Origin: a virus
DNA length: 64,000 bases
Reading direction: 5' to 3' (one strand)
Virus record (IMG/VR): IMGVR_UViG_3300047323_000138
Location: 23,352 to 87,351 of that record
Shown here: positions 14,405-26,256 of the stretch, in pieces
Position numbering within the stretch: position 1 is the stretch's first letter
How the letters are laid out: every line of letters starts with the position of its first letter
Notes under the pieces: generated by a model
The model's input: the letters and a program-made list of their open reading frames with translations, nothing else
Databases searched by the model: none
What the model was told of the DNA's origin: nothing
Translations under genes and position numbers: made by a program

Positions 14405-16531
14405 ATGATCTACATTCTCTACTACCTAATCTGTGCAGTATCGAGCTTTTATATCACTAAAAACTACGTTGAGTCCAACCTTAGACGTGTAGGCATCCAA
14501 GACGCTAGCATCGCTACCGCTATGAGAAATGCCGCTAAGAAAGACGAAACAATTGATCCAATGCATGATTGTCCAGACCATGTAGCTTCAGCTTTGTTTT
14601 GGACTATTCTTTTGGTGTACACTGGTGTATTGGCAAATTAATAAACAAGACTTTTCAGATTTTAGGGGGTAATATATGATTACTAAAACTGACGACAAGA
14701 AACACAAATACCAAAGCTGGGAAACTCTCCTGACACTTAGCTATGGAGGTGCTATGGATTATATTACATTTGATTTAGCTGCTTGGGGTTCTACAGAACA
14801 AGAGTCGGTAGACAATTTCAAATTGGCTTGGGAGACACTAAAGGATAAAGTAGATGAATTGGTGGCTCAAGAATGAAACGTCTAATCATGTACCGCTACA
14901 GTTCTTGGACAGAAGGTTGTGGATGTTGCTCAAATAGTGAATCACTCTATGATGTCTATGAAGATGGTGTGTTAGTGTCAGAAGCTAATTGGTGTGATCT
15001 ATTTAGTAACGAGCAAGAATTACGTGAAGGTTTGAAACACCTTGAACCTTTTTATGTTGATCCTGATTGTTGGTGGTTTTGATGATTGATCCCTTTAACA
15101 GTGTAAATTGGAACAAAGAAATTATTGGTGTAGATGCTGAAGGTGAGCATCTAAAGGTTATGATTAGTAATGTGACAGGTACACCAACTATGTGGGGCTG
15201 GTCAGTATTTCGTAGACAAGGAGGTTACAGGACTTACGGTTTGAGTGTAGAGACTATGCTGAGTAGAGGTTGGAGGTTTTATGAAAGTATGTTGCGGTAG
15301 TGGTAAACCTTATGACACTCAAACAGATATCCAAAAACTTGGTTGTTATTCTACAGATCACTGTGTAGGACCAATTGAAGTGGAAGACTTCGATCTTCTG
15401 CTGACAGGGCTTGGAACATTCGACACAAACGATTGCATTAGTCACGAAGACATGCGACATTTATTTAACAAGGCTGACAGTTGGGAAGAATGGATAACCT
15501 CACAGGTTGAACAAGAAGGGATTGAGAAATATAAGGCGTGGTATGCTAGAATGAATTCTCGCTGTGATCTACACCCTGAGTTGATTGAAGCTCATAATGA
15601 ATTATTTGGAGAGGAAGGATGACACAAGAACAGAAAGAAGAGATTCTTAAACAGTACCTTCAATGGGTTGATCAAGTGTGTGATGATTTCCCTGAAAAGA
15701 TGCATTTCAACCCAGAGGAAATCGTTATGAAAGTGTTAGGGTTGGTGGAGGAATATTCTGAATGAAGCAACAAGAGATTCAGAAGATCAGGGCTTTAGAT
15801 CCTACACAATGTAACGGGACTTTTGCGAGTGTACTCTTAGACCCCAACATTAACCAAGCACATTATGCAGAAGTGTTGTATTATTTGTTGAGTAAGGTGC
15901 TTGAAGAGAAATCGTATCTAGAACGCGTCAGTAATGCTATGACGCGAGTATTGCAGTCGAATGGGTTGCTGGATGAATTGAATAAATGTCTTGAGTTGGA
16001 GGAGAAATAAGTGAAGATTAATTTTGAAGCTACAGCGGCAGAGTTGCAAGCAGCATATGGTGATGACTTTGATTGTACAAAGCCTATTGAAATCACATTT
16101 GGTAAAGAAACGTTTACTTGCTGGGTGACTAATTATGACTTGCGAAAAGAACATTGGAGGAATGAAACACTGATTCAAGTTCATTCTGAAGGACGTTCTA
16201 AGCGGCTACAGGATATTACTGATGCTAAGGATCTTGTGAACAAGACTAAAGAAGCTCACAAGGAAGCGCAGCGTAAACTGGCAGAGCTTCAGGAGGGTAA
16301 ATGAGAAAGTCTAATATGGAAGTGAGTGTGTCGTTCCTAGCCGGTACATCATTCCAAGACGCTTGCGAGGAAGCTAAGGGTTATGCAATAAAGAACAACC
16401 TTGCATACGTTCGGTTTGACTTTAATGGAATTCATTGTGCAATTAGTCAGCGAGCTGATGTTGACAAAGCTTATGATAAGTTCATGAATGCGCTTAAAAC
16501 TGAATCAAAGTATAAATTCTTTTGTGAATAA
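14405..16531 (+). other. Run of small hypothetical CDSs
   Basis: Abutting ORFs 14405-14641, 14676-14876, 14873-15082, 15082-15300, 15281-15622, 15762-16010, 16011-16304, 16301-16531 with SDs or stop-start overlaps. Confidence 0.65.
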
Positions 16532-16646
16532 ATATGTGAAGGATTTGTTTAGAAAAAGCTTTACAAAGCAACACAGGTGTGAGATTCTAGGTTCGTAGGA
16601 AATGTGAAGCAAAGAAAGGCGGTATAATTTAAATAACGTAAGTGAG

Positions 16647-17351
16647 GTGGTATCTTGGGCGCACGTGGGGGGCAGTCAAAAGGGTCGGACTGTTAATCGA
16701 CCTAAATTTGAAAAAGGATATAAGCGAACTAGACTTATCCAAGGTTTTGGTGTTAATGATGCTGATTATTCTTTGGGTAATAGTAAAGGAGACACTAAAT
16801 GCCCTATACATAAGAAGTGGTTAGATATGATTTATAGGTGCTATCGGCCAAATAATGAAGAAACGTCTTATAGGGACAAGACAGTCTCACTAAAGTGGAA
16901 GCGTTTCTCTGACTTTAAGATGTGGGTAGATATGCAAGTCTTTAGTAAAGAAATGGATTTAGATAAAGATATTCTAATCAAAGGTAACAAAGAGTATGGT
17001 CCAGATACTTGCGCATTTGTACCGGAATATGTAAACCTATCCATCAGTGGATTTAAATCTAAAGAAATAAACCCTTGGCCTATTGGTGTACATTGGTCAA
17101 CACACCTTAAAGGTCGACCCTTCGAATCGATGTGTCAGATTGGAGATAAAAGAAAACGACTAGGTAGGTTTGCAACTCCGGAAGAAGCTCATGCTGCATG
17201 GCAGCTAGGTAAAGTAGAGGCTTTAGAACTTGTTATTAATCGCTACGCAAAAGAGGAGTGTTTTCGTACAGACGTTGCAGATGCTTTGATGTGAAGAGTT
17301 TGGGATTTGAGGTTGGACCATGCAAACGGCGTAGAAACTAAATCATTGTAA
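16647..17351 (+). CDS. HNH-type homing endonuclease with in-frame TGA at 17292-17294
   Basis: LDKDILIKGNKEYGPDTCAFVP motif plus AP2-like LGRFATPEEAHAAW; paralog-like tail continues past the TGA to TAA at 17351. Confidence 0.75.
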
Positions 17352-17362
17352 GGAATTAAATT

Positions 17363-18109
17363 ATGGCAAAGCGTAGCTTGGAACAAACTGTTCAGAATCG
17401 TTGGGAAAAGAAAGCGGATGTTGGGCGTGTAATTAAAAGCAAGTTTCAAGATGAAAATTATCTTGCTGTTCCAGTTACCGCAAAGACTGAAGTTCAAAAA
17501 CAGTTCCTTAATGCGTTGAAAGAGTTTGATGTTGTAGTCTTTTCAGCTCCGGCTGGCGTAGGTAAGAGCTACCTTGCTATGAGCGAAGCTTCAGACTGGT
17601 TGAAGAAAGGACTTTACGATAAGATTACTTTGTCTCGTGCAGTAATCCCGATGGGTCGTAGTCTGGGTATGCTTCCTAATAATCTTCAGCAGAAGTTCGA
17701 ACCGTTTCTAATGCCTTTGTTGGAAGTATTGTGGAAACGTTACGGGAAAAGTTACTACGAAAATTGCTTGGCACTAGGTACTGTCGAATTGTTGGCGCCA
17801 GAATATGCTCGCGGTCGGTCGGTATCTGGGGTAATGATCATCGACGAAGTACAATGTATGGATCAGAATGAACTCTACACAATGCTTACTCGTATGGAGG
17901 CCGGTGCTAAGTTGATTCTCATCGGTGATGGCACTGGACACCAAACAGATATTAAAGGTGTCAATGGTATTGAGTGGCTTACTAAGTTTGTAGAGAAGAA
18001 TCCAGAACTTCAGAAGCATATTAAAGTAATTACAGCAACTAGCGAAGATATTGTTCGCGGTGGTTTGTGCAAAGCAATGGTTAAAGCCAAAGAAAAGGAG
18101 AGTAAATAA
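17363..18109 (+). CDS. phoH: PhoH-family ATPase
   Basis: APAGVGKS, LSRAV, YARGRS, IIDEVQ, LTRM, LIGD, DIVR motifs. Confidence 0.93.
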   Translation: MAKRSLEQTVQNRWEKKADVGRVIKSKFQDENYLAVPVTAKTEVQKQFLNALKEFDVVVFSAPAGVGKSYLAMSEASDWLKKGLYDKITLSRAVIPMGRSLGMLPNNLQQKFEPFLMPLLEVLWKRYGKSYYENCLALGTVELLAPEYARGRSVSGVMIIDEVQCMDQNELYTMLTRMEAGAKLILIGDGTGHQTDIKGVNGIEWLTKFVEKNPELQKHIKVITATSEDIVRGGLCKAMVKAKEKESK

Positions 18110-18110
18110 T

Positions 18111-18884
18111 ATGAAAAACGAAGATCTGATGTTGTTGCCACAGAAGTCCCGTATCTCGTCCAGTCACAATGGTGGTATGACTCACGTCATCCGAATTCAT
18201 GAGGATATCTCCGAGCCAAGTAACTGGAGCGATGAACTTGACTTGATTAACGGAGCATCTGAACAGGACACAATTGTATTAGACGTATGCTCGCCGGGTG
18301 GATATCTTGACACAGCAATGCTCTTTCATCGTTCATTGAATAGTTGTGCAGCACACACTGTTGCAATTATTGGTCCTGAATGTGCAAGTGCTGCCAGCGT
18401 GATTAGTTTGAGCTGTCGGGAATGGATTCTTGACGACACTTCAAGCCTAATGATTCACACATCGAGCTATTCACTCGGAGGAAAAGATACAGACATTCTG
18501 GAACATGCAAACTTCTCCCGTGGTCAGTTGAAGCGTCTTTATGAAAATGTGTATTCGGGCTTTCTCAGCCCAGATGACCTTAGCGATGTAATCAAAGGAA
18601 CACCATTTTACTTTGACGCGGAGAACATTGCTGACCGATTGGATAATTTGCAAGAATACCGTGCAAGCCTTCCTTGCCCTTGCGGTGATAGTAATTGTGG
18701 GAAGAATCCTCCAGTTGAAGACGAAGAAGACTTTGACGAAATGCCTTCGCTAGCCGACATCGTTGCCGGTGCAGTAAAAGATGGAATTGCAGCCTATGAG
18801 AAGTCTCGCCTTGCTGCCGAACGTAAAGCTTCTAAGCCAAAGGCTGCACCAAAAGCTACAAAAGTAATAGAAAAAGTCGAATAA
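18111..18884 (+). CDS. ClpP-like (S14) protease
   Basis: SPGG, CASAAS catalytic Ser, MIH; start re-set to ATG with SD AGGAG. Confidence 0.85.
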   Translation: MKNEDLMLLPQKSRISSSHNGGMTHVIRIHEDISEPSNWSDELDLINGASEQDTIVLDVCSPGGYLDTAMLFHRSLNSCAAHTVAIIGPECASAASVISLSCREWILDDTSSLMIHTSSYSLGGKDTDILEHANFSRGQLKRLYENVYSGFLSPDDLSDVIKGTPFYFDAENIADRLDNLQEYRASLPCPCGDSNCGKNPPVEDEEDFDEMPSLADIVAGAVKDGIAAYEKSRLAAERKASKPKAAPKATKVIEKVE

Positions 18885-18952
18885 AGAGCTTGCATAGAAC
18901 CGATGTCCGGGCTTACAATAGACGGACATTAACAAACAAAGGAGAGCATATT

Positions 18953-19165
18953 ATGGGTGAATTTTTCGGATGTATGTTTATACTTGCTGTAGTTATTATA
19001 ACGACAGTCTCTAACACAACATTCCGCTTTGATGCAAACGAAACAGTGAAGATGTTGAATGAAGTTTGTATTAAGAATAGTGGGATTGAATTCTCAAAGA
19101 TTGATGTTGACTCGTGGCAGTTCAAATGTAAAGATGGTGCAAGTTTTGTGGTCAAGCGCCCATGA
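18953..19165 (+). CDS. Small membrane-anchored protein
   Basis: Hydrophobic N-terminus; SD AGGAG. Confidence 0.6.
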   Translation: MGEFFGCMFILAVVIITTVSNTTFRFDANETVKMLNEVCIKNSGIEFSKIDVDSWQFKCKDGASFVVKRP

Positions 19166-19283
19166 ACGACTACGAATACAATGATCAACAAGAAGACTTA
19201 GCTTGTTTGAATGAACCAGTATTTGATATTGACCCATATATCTATCTAGAATACGATTTGGAATATATGCAAGGAGAAATGTA

Positions 19284-19568
19284 ATGACAAATGAAATTAT
19301 CAGCAAGTTTATTGAACATCTAGTAAAACCAGATATGTTTCTTGAAGAAATTTGGTTTGAAGATAAATATGGAAATGTCCACTGGAATGGTGAAAACAAT
19401 ATTGACGACCTGATAAATGGAGATGGGGATACCTACTCTGGCGATATCCGTACAGAAGTAGTTGAGATAGATGGTTTTGCGCTATACACTATGGGTGATG
19501 ACTGTGGTGGTGAAGGGCAGCTGATCTTTAAACTTAGTAATAAAATTGACCCAAAGGATTACGAATGA
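19284..19568 (+). CDS. Acidic hypothetical protein, paralog family copy 1
   Basis: DLINGDGDTYS...EIDGFALYT...QLIF shared with 36816-37091 and 54633-54944. Confidence 0.75.
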   Translation: MTNEIISKFIEHLVKPDMFLEEIWFEDKYGNVHWNGENNIDDLINGDGDTYSGDIRTEVVEIDGFALYTMGDDCGGEGQLIFKLSNKIDPKDYE

Positions 19569-20324
19569 ATTACGAAAACAACGAAGTAGTTATTGAAGGT
19601 TTGGAAAGTTCGATGAACACTTGGATCTTGTCTGATGAGAATGATGTACGAGATACGTTTGGAGAAGACCTAGTATCTGCTGTAAAGGAAGCACTAGATG
19701 AGCAGTGATTACGACAGGTGGCTTGAAGAGGGTGATTATTATCTAGATGAAATTTATGTTCCTGAAGAAGACTGGAATGATTACGAACCGAATGAATATC
19801 CAGATGAGGATTGTGATTAATGGAAGAGCCTGTTGGTCCACTTTGTGGGAAAGTAAATAAAATCATCCCTCACATCCCTTATTACTTAGCCGAAGGAAAC
19901 GTTGTACAAAAGAAATGGACAGAACCTTTCGTAGACAGAGTTGGAAACAAAGCAATACTTACAAAAGTAGAAGTGCTTACGAAGAAAGGTAAGTTGGTGG
20001 AGTATGTTATTCAAGTGGCTTGGGAGAATTGAGATAATGGTTAAAGAAAAAGATATTGATGTTGTAATTGTTTCCTTTACAGACTACACTTCATATGACT
20101 TTGTTGAGCCGGGGACTTATTTCAGTGTTAGTGCAATGCAGGATTATTATTTCTACAAAACATCCGACAGAGCTGCTGCCCAGTTAAAATGTGACGAAAT
20201 CTTTGGCCCAAATCGTTACGTGGTCAAAACGTCAAAGATTATAAAGACTAAATCTAAACTAGAGTCAGGAGGCCAGAGCGTTTACGCGACGGCAACAACT
20301 AAAGGTCAAAAGAAGTATAACTAG
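19565..20324 (+). other. Small hypothetical CDSs
   Basis: 19565-19708, 19698-19820 (very acidic), 19820-20032, 20037-20324; chained overlaps. Confidence 0.6.
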
Positions 20325-20333
20325 GGTGGGATT

Positions 20334-20837
20334 ATGGCAACAACACACGGAATGTCTGAGACGAAGGTGTACTTCTCTTGGTGGGAAATGAAAAGACGTT
20401 GCACCAATGACAGTAGGTCCGAATTTGTAAACTACGGAGGAAGAGGGATCAACTTTCCAGAGAAATGGCTAACATTCGAAGGTTTCTGGGAGGATATGGG
20501 TGATACTTACTCACTCGGATTAACCTTGGAAAGAAAGGATGTTAATGGAAGCTACTCTAAAGAAAATTGTGAGTGGATACCACTAGAAGAGCAGGCTAAG
20601 AATAAAAGAGCTTATAAAAGTAACACAGTGGGTTTAGGAGGGTGTTGTCTTTTTGAGTCTAGGGGGAGAGTTTACTTGCGGGCGAGAATTCAAGACTCGA
20701 CAACAAAGAAAAGAGTAAGTAAACTTTATAATCTAGCAAAGGTGCATATCTCAGAGGCAATAATTCTTGCAGAAGAGTGGTTGAAAGTTAATCGTCTGCA
20801 AATGGGATATAAAGAGGGTCACGGCAGTGAAGGATAA
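20334..20837 (+). CDS. HNH homing endonuclease (YGGRGI type)
   Basis: THGMS...MKRRC...NYGGRGI...LERKDVNGSYSKENCEW. Confidence 0.85.
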   Translation: MATTHGMSETKVYFSWWEMKRRCTNDSRSEFVNYGGRGINFPEKWLTFEGFWEDMGDTYSLGLTLERKDVNGSYSKENCEWIPLEEQAKNKRAYKSNTVGLGGCCLFESRGRVYLRARIQDSTTKKRVSKLYNLAKVHISEAIILAEEWLKVNRLQMGYKEGHGSEG

Positions 20838-21231
20838 ACACATTCAAGCCTGCATGAAATGTGCTGAAGCTTGGGCTGAATGTTCTTCAGCAGAACGCCT
20901 AAAGGTTGGTGCAATTGCGTATAAGAATGGTCATATTATCGCAGAGGGGTATAATGGACTCCCAAGCTCAATGCAAGGCTCTTGTGAGGATGAACACGGA
21001 CATACAAAATCAGAAGTTACTCATGCAGAAGATAACCTTTTGAGAAAGCTGACTCGTAGCACAGAAAGCAGTGTTGGTGCCTACATCTTCATCACTCATG
21101 CTGCCTGTAAAAATTGTTCAATTAAAATTGTTGACGCAGGCATCACAAAAGTCTACTATCGTAATGAGTATCGCAGCACTGAAGGATTAGAATATCTTCG
21201 TGCAAACAATATTGAAGTAATTAAAATTTAA
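20827..21231 (+). CDS. dCMP deaminase
   Basis: KVGA, GYNG, HAE, ACKNC zinc motifs. Confidence 0.92.
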   Translation: MKDKHIQACMKCAEAWAECSSAERLKVGAIAYKNGHIIAEGYNGLPSSMQGSCEDEHGHTKSEVTHAEDNLLRKLTRSTESSVGAYIFITHAACKNCSIKIVDAGITKVYYRNEYRSTEGLEYLRANNIEVIKI

Positions 21232-21242
21232 AGGAGAACAAA

Positions 21243-21668
21243 ATGAGAACCAATGAATCGTTGTGGGCGGCAGAAGACATTGTAGACACTAAACATCTCC
21301 AATTCTTCAGTCTGTGTCAAGTAATGCGTGCCTTACATTATGACTATGTAGAATATCGGTCTTGTGCATCTCGATTTGAGAGCAAACACTATTCCAATAA
21401 AGGTCGTGAAGTAATCTCAATCTCTAAAGCTGTAAAATTATATAATGGTGACACAGCTAAATGTGTATTTGGTCGTCCTCCCAGTCACCTAACAATCTGG
21501 AGCTTTAACGACTATCAAGTTGCACAGGCTAAGGCTGCACGTATTGTCAAGAAAGTTAAGATCCAGCATTGTCGTGCTACAAATACTCTGATTATTCAAG
21601 ACCACCGAGTAGAGTTCGTTCTTCCTTCATTCTCAAAGTTGTTTCTCAATAATAAGTATTTAGGGTGA
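21243..21668 (+). CDS. Hypothetical protein
   Basis: SD AAGGAG; 141 aa. Confidence 0.7.
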   Translation: MRTNESLWAAEDIVDTKHLQFFSLCQVMRALHYDYVEYRSCASRFESKHYSNKGREVISISKAVKLYNGDTAKCVFGRPPSHLTIWSFNDYQVAQAKAARIVKKVKIQHCRATNTLIIQDHRVEFVLPSFSKLFLNNKYLG

Positions 21669-21671
21669 CCC

Positions 21672-21860
21672 ATGAATCGCTCAATCATATACGTTTGGTC
21701 ATCAGGATTTTGGCTTTATGGTGTAGACTACCATCACGGTACGCATTCAGCTCTGGGTAAGTATCAAGAAGTTATTATTGGCGAGGGGTGGCATAAACAA
21801 GAGATTACTTTGATGGTGAATGATTTCATTGAAGAGAATCTATTGATGTGGGAAGATTGA
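21672..21860 (+). CDS. Hypothetical protein
   Basis: ORF track; abuts upstream gene. Confidence 0.6.
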   Translation: MNRSIIYVWSSGFWLYGVDYHHGTHSALGKYQEVIIGEGWHKQEITLMVNDFIEENLLMWED

Positions 21861-21871
21861 TAAGAATTTAT

Positions 21872-21913
21872 AAGGACTCTGGCGCTTGCTTGAGTCCTTT
21901 TCTTTTGCCATAA
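21872..21913 (+). terminator. Intrinsic terminator overlapping a sigma70-like promoter
   Basis: AAGGACTC...GAGTCCTT plus T-run; TTGCTT...CATAAT within it. Confidence 0.55.
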
Positions 21914-21938
21914 TGAATCACAAATTAAAGGAGGCTAC

Positions 21939-22442
21939 ATGGCTAACGTATGGTTCACATCAGATTTACATTTAGGTCACAAAAACATTGCTAACTTCCG
22001 CACTCAGTTTGAATCTGAACTACACCACCGAGAAGTTATCAAAGAGAACTACCACAAGGTTGTAACGAAACGAGATAAAGTGTTCTTCTTAGGTGATGTT
22101 GCATTCACACAGGAAACCCTTGAGGATGTCAGCACTTGGGTTGCTGAGAAGAGGGTGTTAATTGTTGGTAATCACTGTACAGATCAGGTGAGTATGAAAG
22201 AAGTGGTTAAACACTTTGATGAAGTGTACAGTCTAAAGAAGTACAAGGAGTTCTGGTTATCTCATGCACCTATCCACCCACAGGAGTTACGAGGTAAGTA
22301 TAACTTACATGGTCATATGCACTTTGAGACAGTAGACGATCCTCGTTACTTGAATTTGTGTCTTGAACATACTGATTACACACCAATTGACTTGAGTGAA
22401 GTTCGCAAACGACTCAATATTACTGAAAAGGTTTACAAATGA
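21939..22442 (+). CDS. Calcineurin-like metallophosphoesterase
   Basis: SDLHLGH, LGD, GNH, SHAP, HGHMH. Confidence 0.9.
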   Translation: MANVWFTSDLHLGHKNIANFRTQFESELHHREVIKENYHKVVTKRDKVFFLGDVAFTQETLEDVSTWVAEKRVLIVGNHCTDQVSMKEVVKHFDEVYSLKKYKEFWLSHAPIHPQELRGKYNLHGHMHFETVDDPRYLNLCLEHTDYTPIDLSEVRKRLNITEKVYK

Positions 22443-25400
22443 CACCAGACAAAATCAAGAAACAAATAGAACTGCTCTGCTCGGACCTTGAGCGCTGCGA
22501 TAAACGTTGCCGTAAGATATCCAAAGCAATCGGCCTAGAAGATAATCATCTTATTTCTTGGGCTAGGAAAGAGGCTGAGAGTGTGTTAGAGTATATTGAA
22601 TTGTTGAAGGAGAAAGAAGGTGCTGATAAAGAGATTTAAAGAAAATACTGCCGGAAGGGACTTCTTCACAACAGATATACATGGTTGCTTTGACCTGTTG
22701 CATGAACAAATGAGGCTACATGCTTTTGATACAACCAAGGATAGATTGTTTGTAGGAGGGGACAACGCGGACAGGGGTCCATATTCAGACACAGTATTAG
22801 ATTACATCTATGAACCTTGGTTTCACAGTATTAGATCTAACCATGAAGAGATGCTAATCACTGCTTTTGAGAATCCAACAAGCCGTAACGCTTATGAGAT
22901 GCTCTATTGTAATGGTGGTGAATGGTTCTATGATTGTACACATGAGAAGCAGAAAGCTATCTATGAGGCTTTCAAGTCTTTACCATTAGCAATTGAAATT
23001 GAAAATCCTCAAGGCCTGATCGGTATCATACATGCCCAAGTTCCTATGGATGATTGGGAAAAGTTTAGAGGCATGTCTGAACAGGATCTTTACTGGAGTG
23101 GGTACGCTATTGCACAATGGTCGAGAACCAAGTATGATAAACAAGATGTAACAGATGTGAAGGGTTTGTATAAGTGTTTCGTGGGACATAGCCCAACTAA
23201 CTCAGGCGAGGTTGAACAATTAGGTAACACTTACTACTCGGATCTGGGCAGCTTCTTTCGAGATAAAATATCTTTCATTGAGATCAACTAAAATGACACA
23301 AGAACAATATTACCTTCTAGAACGACTACGTACAAACCTCCTAGACGCTGCATCTGAGCTAGAACTTCTAGGCAAACTGCCAAGGTTTACACAGAATATT
23401 GATTGGATGTTGGATGAACTTGAAGAGTATATTAAATTGCAGAAGGAGGTTGATAAATGAAAGAGAAATCAGACGGTGAGATTTATGAAGATGTTAGCCG
23501 TAAAGCTAATCCAGAGCTACATGCACAAATAGATGCTTGGATACAAAGTCTTCATGAAGGGCAACAACAGCTCATCAATGAAGATGCACAATTGATTGAA
23601 GATAATTATTGGGAGTTAATATTGAAATGAGTAATGTAAACTTTAAACCGATGGATGATAAGCAACGAGAGCAGGTGCGGCTCAAAAGGGCTGCTGACCA
23701 AGCTTATGCTAAAGAGAACTTGATTACAGATTTCAAAGACGAGCAGTTCTGGCGAGAGAATGCCTCCAAAGTGGCGCTACGCCTCCCCGGTTGGTGGATT
23801 CCTAGTAGCGAAACAAAATACATTCGACGTGCATGTAAAGCTTTAGGTGTAGATATTAATTTATTTGTGGAAAGCACAGGCTTTTCTAACTTAAATCAGC
23901 TCGTAAAGGCTAATTCTAAGTGGTCGGCTGTGGGTATGGTTGGGTTGTGTGTGGAATTTGCCATCGAAACTGGAAAGTTGGCGTAGTTTTTACCCTGCCA
24001 ATCAACGAAAAACTAAAATTCATCTCCGTACACAGGGGTATACTAAAATGACAATTCTTGCTATATATTTAATCGGTGTAATCTTCACATTCTATTATGA
24101 GACAGAGGATATCTTCCTTGGATCGCTCCCTACATCTATTCAAGGGACAATTATATTCTCTTTATGTTGGCCCTTTAGCATAATCTTCGGAGCTGCTATC
24201 ATGTGGAAAGAGATTATTAAGAAACGTGGAGAGAAGAAATGACTGCTAATCGCACACTTGCTGAACAACGTGGATTATCTGAGTCCCAAATCCAAGAGAT
24301 TGATCGTCTGCACGAACATCTTGACAAAACAATAAACTATTTCATTGAACAAGGCTGGACACAGGCACGAGAAGATGAAATTCATGATATCGAATACCTC
24401 CTACAACAAGCTTGGGGATTTCCTAAAGACTGTGGATATCATCGTTATGCACACCAATATGCTTTTGTCTGTCAGTGGTTTGGTCGGACATTCAAGTGTG
24501 TAGAAACTGGGAATCAAATTACGTTAGGGAAGGACATCTACGAACGTCAGTATATTCCTTTCGGTAATTGTGCAATTGACTTGGGTGTCTTGAATGGCTA
24601 CTCTCGTCGTATTGGAAATATGGAGGAAATTAAGAAATGACCCAACAATATTCACCCGAGAAACAATTGATCAAAGACTTCATCCGCTACATTTCTGATA
24701 ATCATAAGTGCTGTGTGGTGAGTTTTCCAGATGAGTTTGCTGCTGACAGCTATTTGAACTACAAATTTGTCAATACGTGTGAATTGCTGGATGAATTTAT
24801 TAGGGAGAGAAAGACATGAGTTGGGTTCAAGTAGATGAAAAGACTGCTGAGTGGTTGTTACGACAACGTAATGACGACAACATCCTATACTCTTCGAACT
24901 CTTTGCACTGCTGGGATGAGATATTCACAGCAGGAGGTTGTAGATTTAAGGTGGAAGGTTCGTTCTACTCAGATGAAGTATCAGTCTATAAGGAAGAACA
25001 ACTATGAACCAAACAATTGAAGAAAGATTCCAATCCATAGAAGACCAACTCAAAGAGCTTCGCAAGGAATTGGAGAGTGACCTTGCGAAATATAGGGATA
25101 GTAGTTATTTAATTAAGAGGGAGAAATCATGAACAAAACAGAACTCATTGGAGTGGCAATAGCTATAACACTTATGCCTTATATTATTGGGGTGTGGTTA
25201 GTTTACAACATCAGGGGTGGGAAATGAATCAGAAAGCTATTGAAACTTATGCGGTACATCTCTATAGAACACGAAAGCCTTGGTCTGATCCGTATGCATA
25301 TTACATTGAGTACACTGGTAACTATTATGGAGAAGACTCCGATGGAACAAGGATCTACAATTGGCAAGAATACGAACAAGAGTCTAGCGATGCTGTGGAT

Positions 25401-25893
25401 TATTGGTCAGGAGAAAGTAAATGAAAGGTGAGCCACCAAAACCTCCACTTATGCGTGTAGGTGCTAACGGCAATCCATGCCCTCTATGTGGTAGTGGAAT
25501 GAAGCCTAATTGGCTGTGGCTAAAATCTAAGGGATGTTATCAGCCCGAGTGTGAGAATTATTGGAGGAACAGATGACAGACACATACGAACGTTGTTCCT
25601 GTGGTGCTAGAGATAGGGCTAAGTGTAGTAAAGAGAGTGAACATGGTGGGAAGCTGTGTTTGAAGACAGAAGACAGTCTGTTTAAGAACTTTCGAGAAAC
25701 ACTTAATGGTGGCTTCTGTGCTGATATTGATTACGAGTCAGATGCTTGGCAGAAGGTTGTTGATGATTGGTCTGAGTTTAAAAGTCAGTGCGTGCCTATT
25801 CCTAAAGAGTTGTTTGAACGTATGGGTGTGATTAAAAAGAAAGCTGAAGAGAATAGGAAGAAGGACTTAGACAATGAAACCACTAATCATTAA
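22439..25893 (+). other. Run of small hypothetical CDSs
   Basis: 22439-22639, 23293-23460, 23627-23986, 24048-24242, 24239-24640, 24637-24819, 24816-25007, 25224-25424, 25573-25893. Confidence 0.6.
22620..23291 (+). CDS. Ser/Thr protein phosphatase (lambda NinI/PphA-like)
   Basis: DIHG, GDNADRG, SNHE, HA, GHSP. Confidence 0.88.
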   Translation: MLIKRFKENTAGRDFFTTDIHGCFDLLHEQMRLHAFDTTKDRLFVGGDNADRGPYSDTVLDYIYEPWFHSIRSNHEEMLITAFENPTSRNAYEMLYCNGGEWFYDCTHEKQKAIYEAFKSLPLAIEIENPQGLIGIIHAQVPMDDWEKFRGMSEQDLYWSGYAIAQWSRTKYDKQDVTDVKGLYKCFVGHSPTNSGEVEQLGNTYYSDLGSFFRDKISFIEIN

Positions 25894-26049
25894 AACACCA
25901 GAAGGACTTTACGTCTGTGAAATACCAATAGAGAATGAACCTGAAGACAATGCAACAGATGCGGAATGGTGGATATGGGCTGCAACTGGTGTTGGCAGTA
26001 GTCCTGTAGAGGCTTATAATAATTGGGTGAAGGATTGGGAGGATAAGGT

Positions 26050-26256
26050 GTGAATCTTAAACCAGAAGACTTAGAAATCACCACATACCCACCCTATAAA
26101 ACTGGAGGACAACATGTAGGACTTACACATAGTGGTGTTCTTATTGTGCATAAACCTACAGGATTGGGTGTTGTGTCTATTAGTGAGAGAAGTCAGTATA
26201 GGAACAAAGATAGGGCTTTAGTTATGTTGGAAATATTGGTTGAGTTGGAGCTATGA
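26050..26256 (+). CDS. Stand-alone class I release-factor GGQ domain (peptidyl-tRNA hydrolase-like)
   Basis: DLEI...GGQHV...SGVLIVHKPTGL.V...ERSQYRNK..A. Confidence 0.85.
   Translation: MNLKPEDLEITTYPPYKTGGQHVGLTHSGVLIVHKPTGLGVVSISERSQYRNKDRALVMLEILVELEL

Noticed and set aside
14600-14663. Programmed frameshift extending the 14405-14641 membrane protein
   Set aside because: An alternative frame runs a little further after a T5 tract, but there is no slippery heptamer or stimulatory structure
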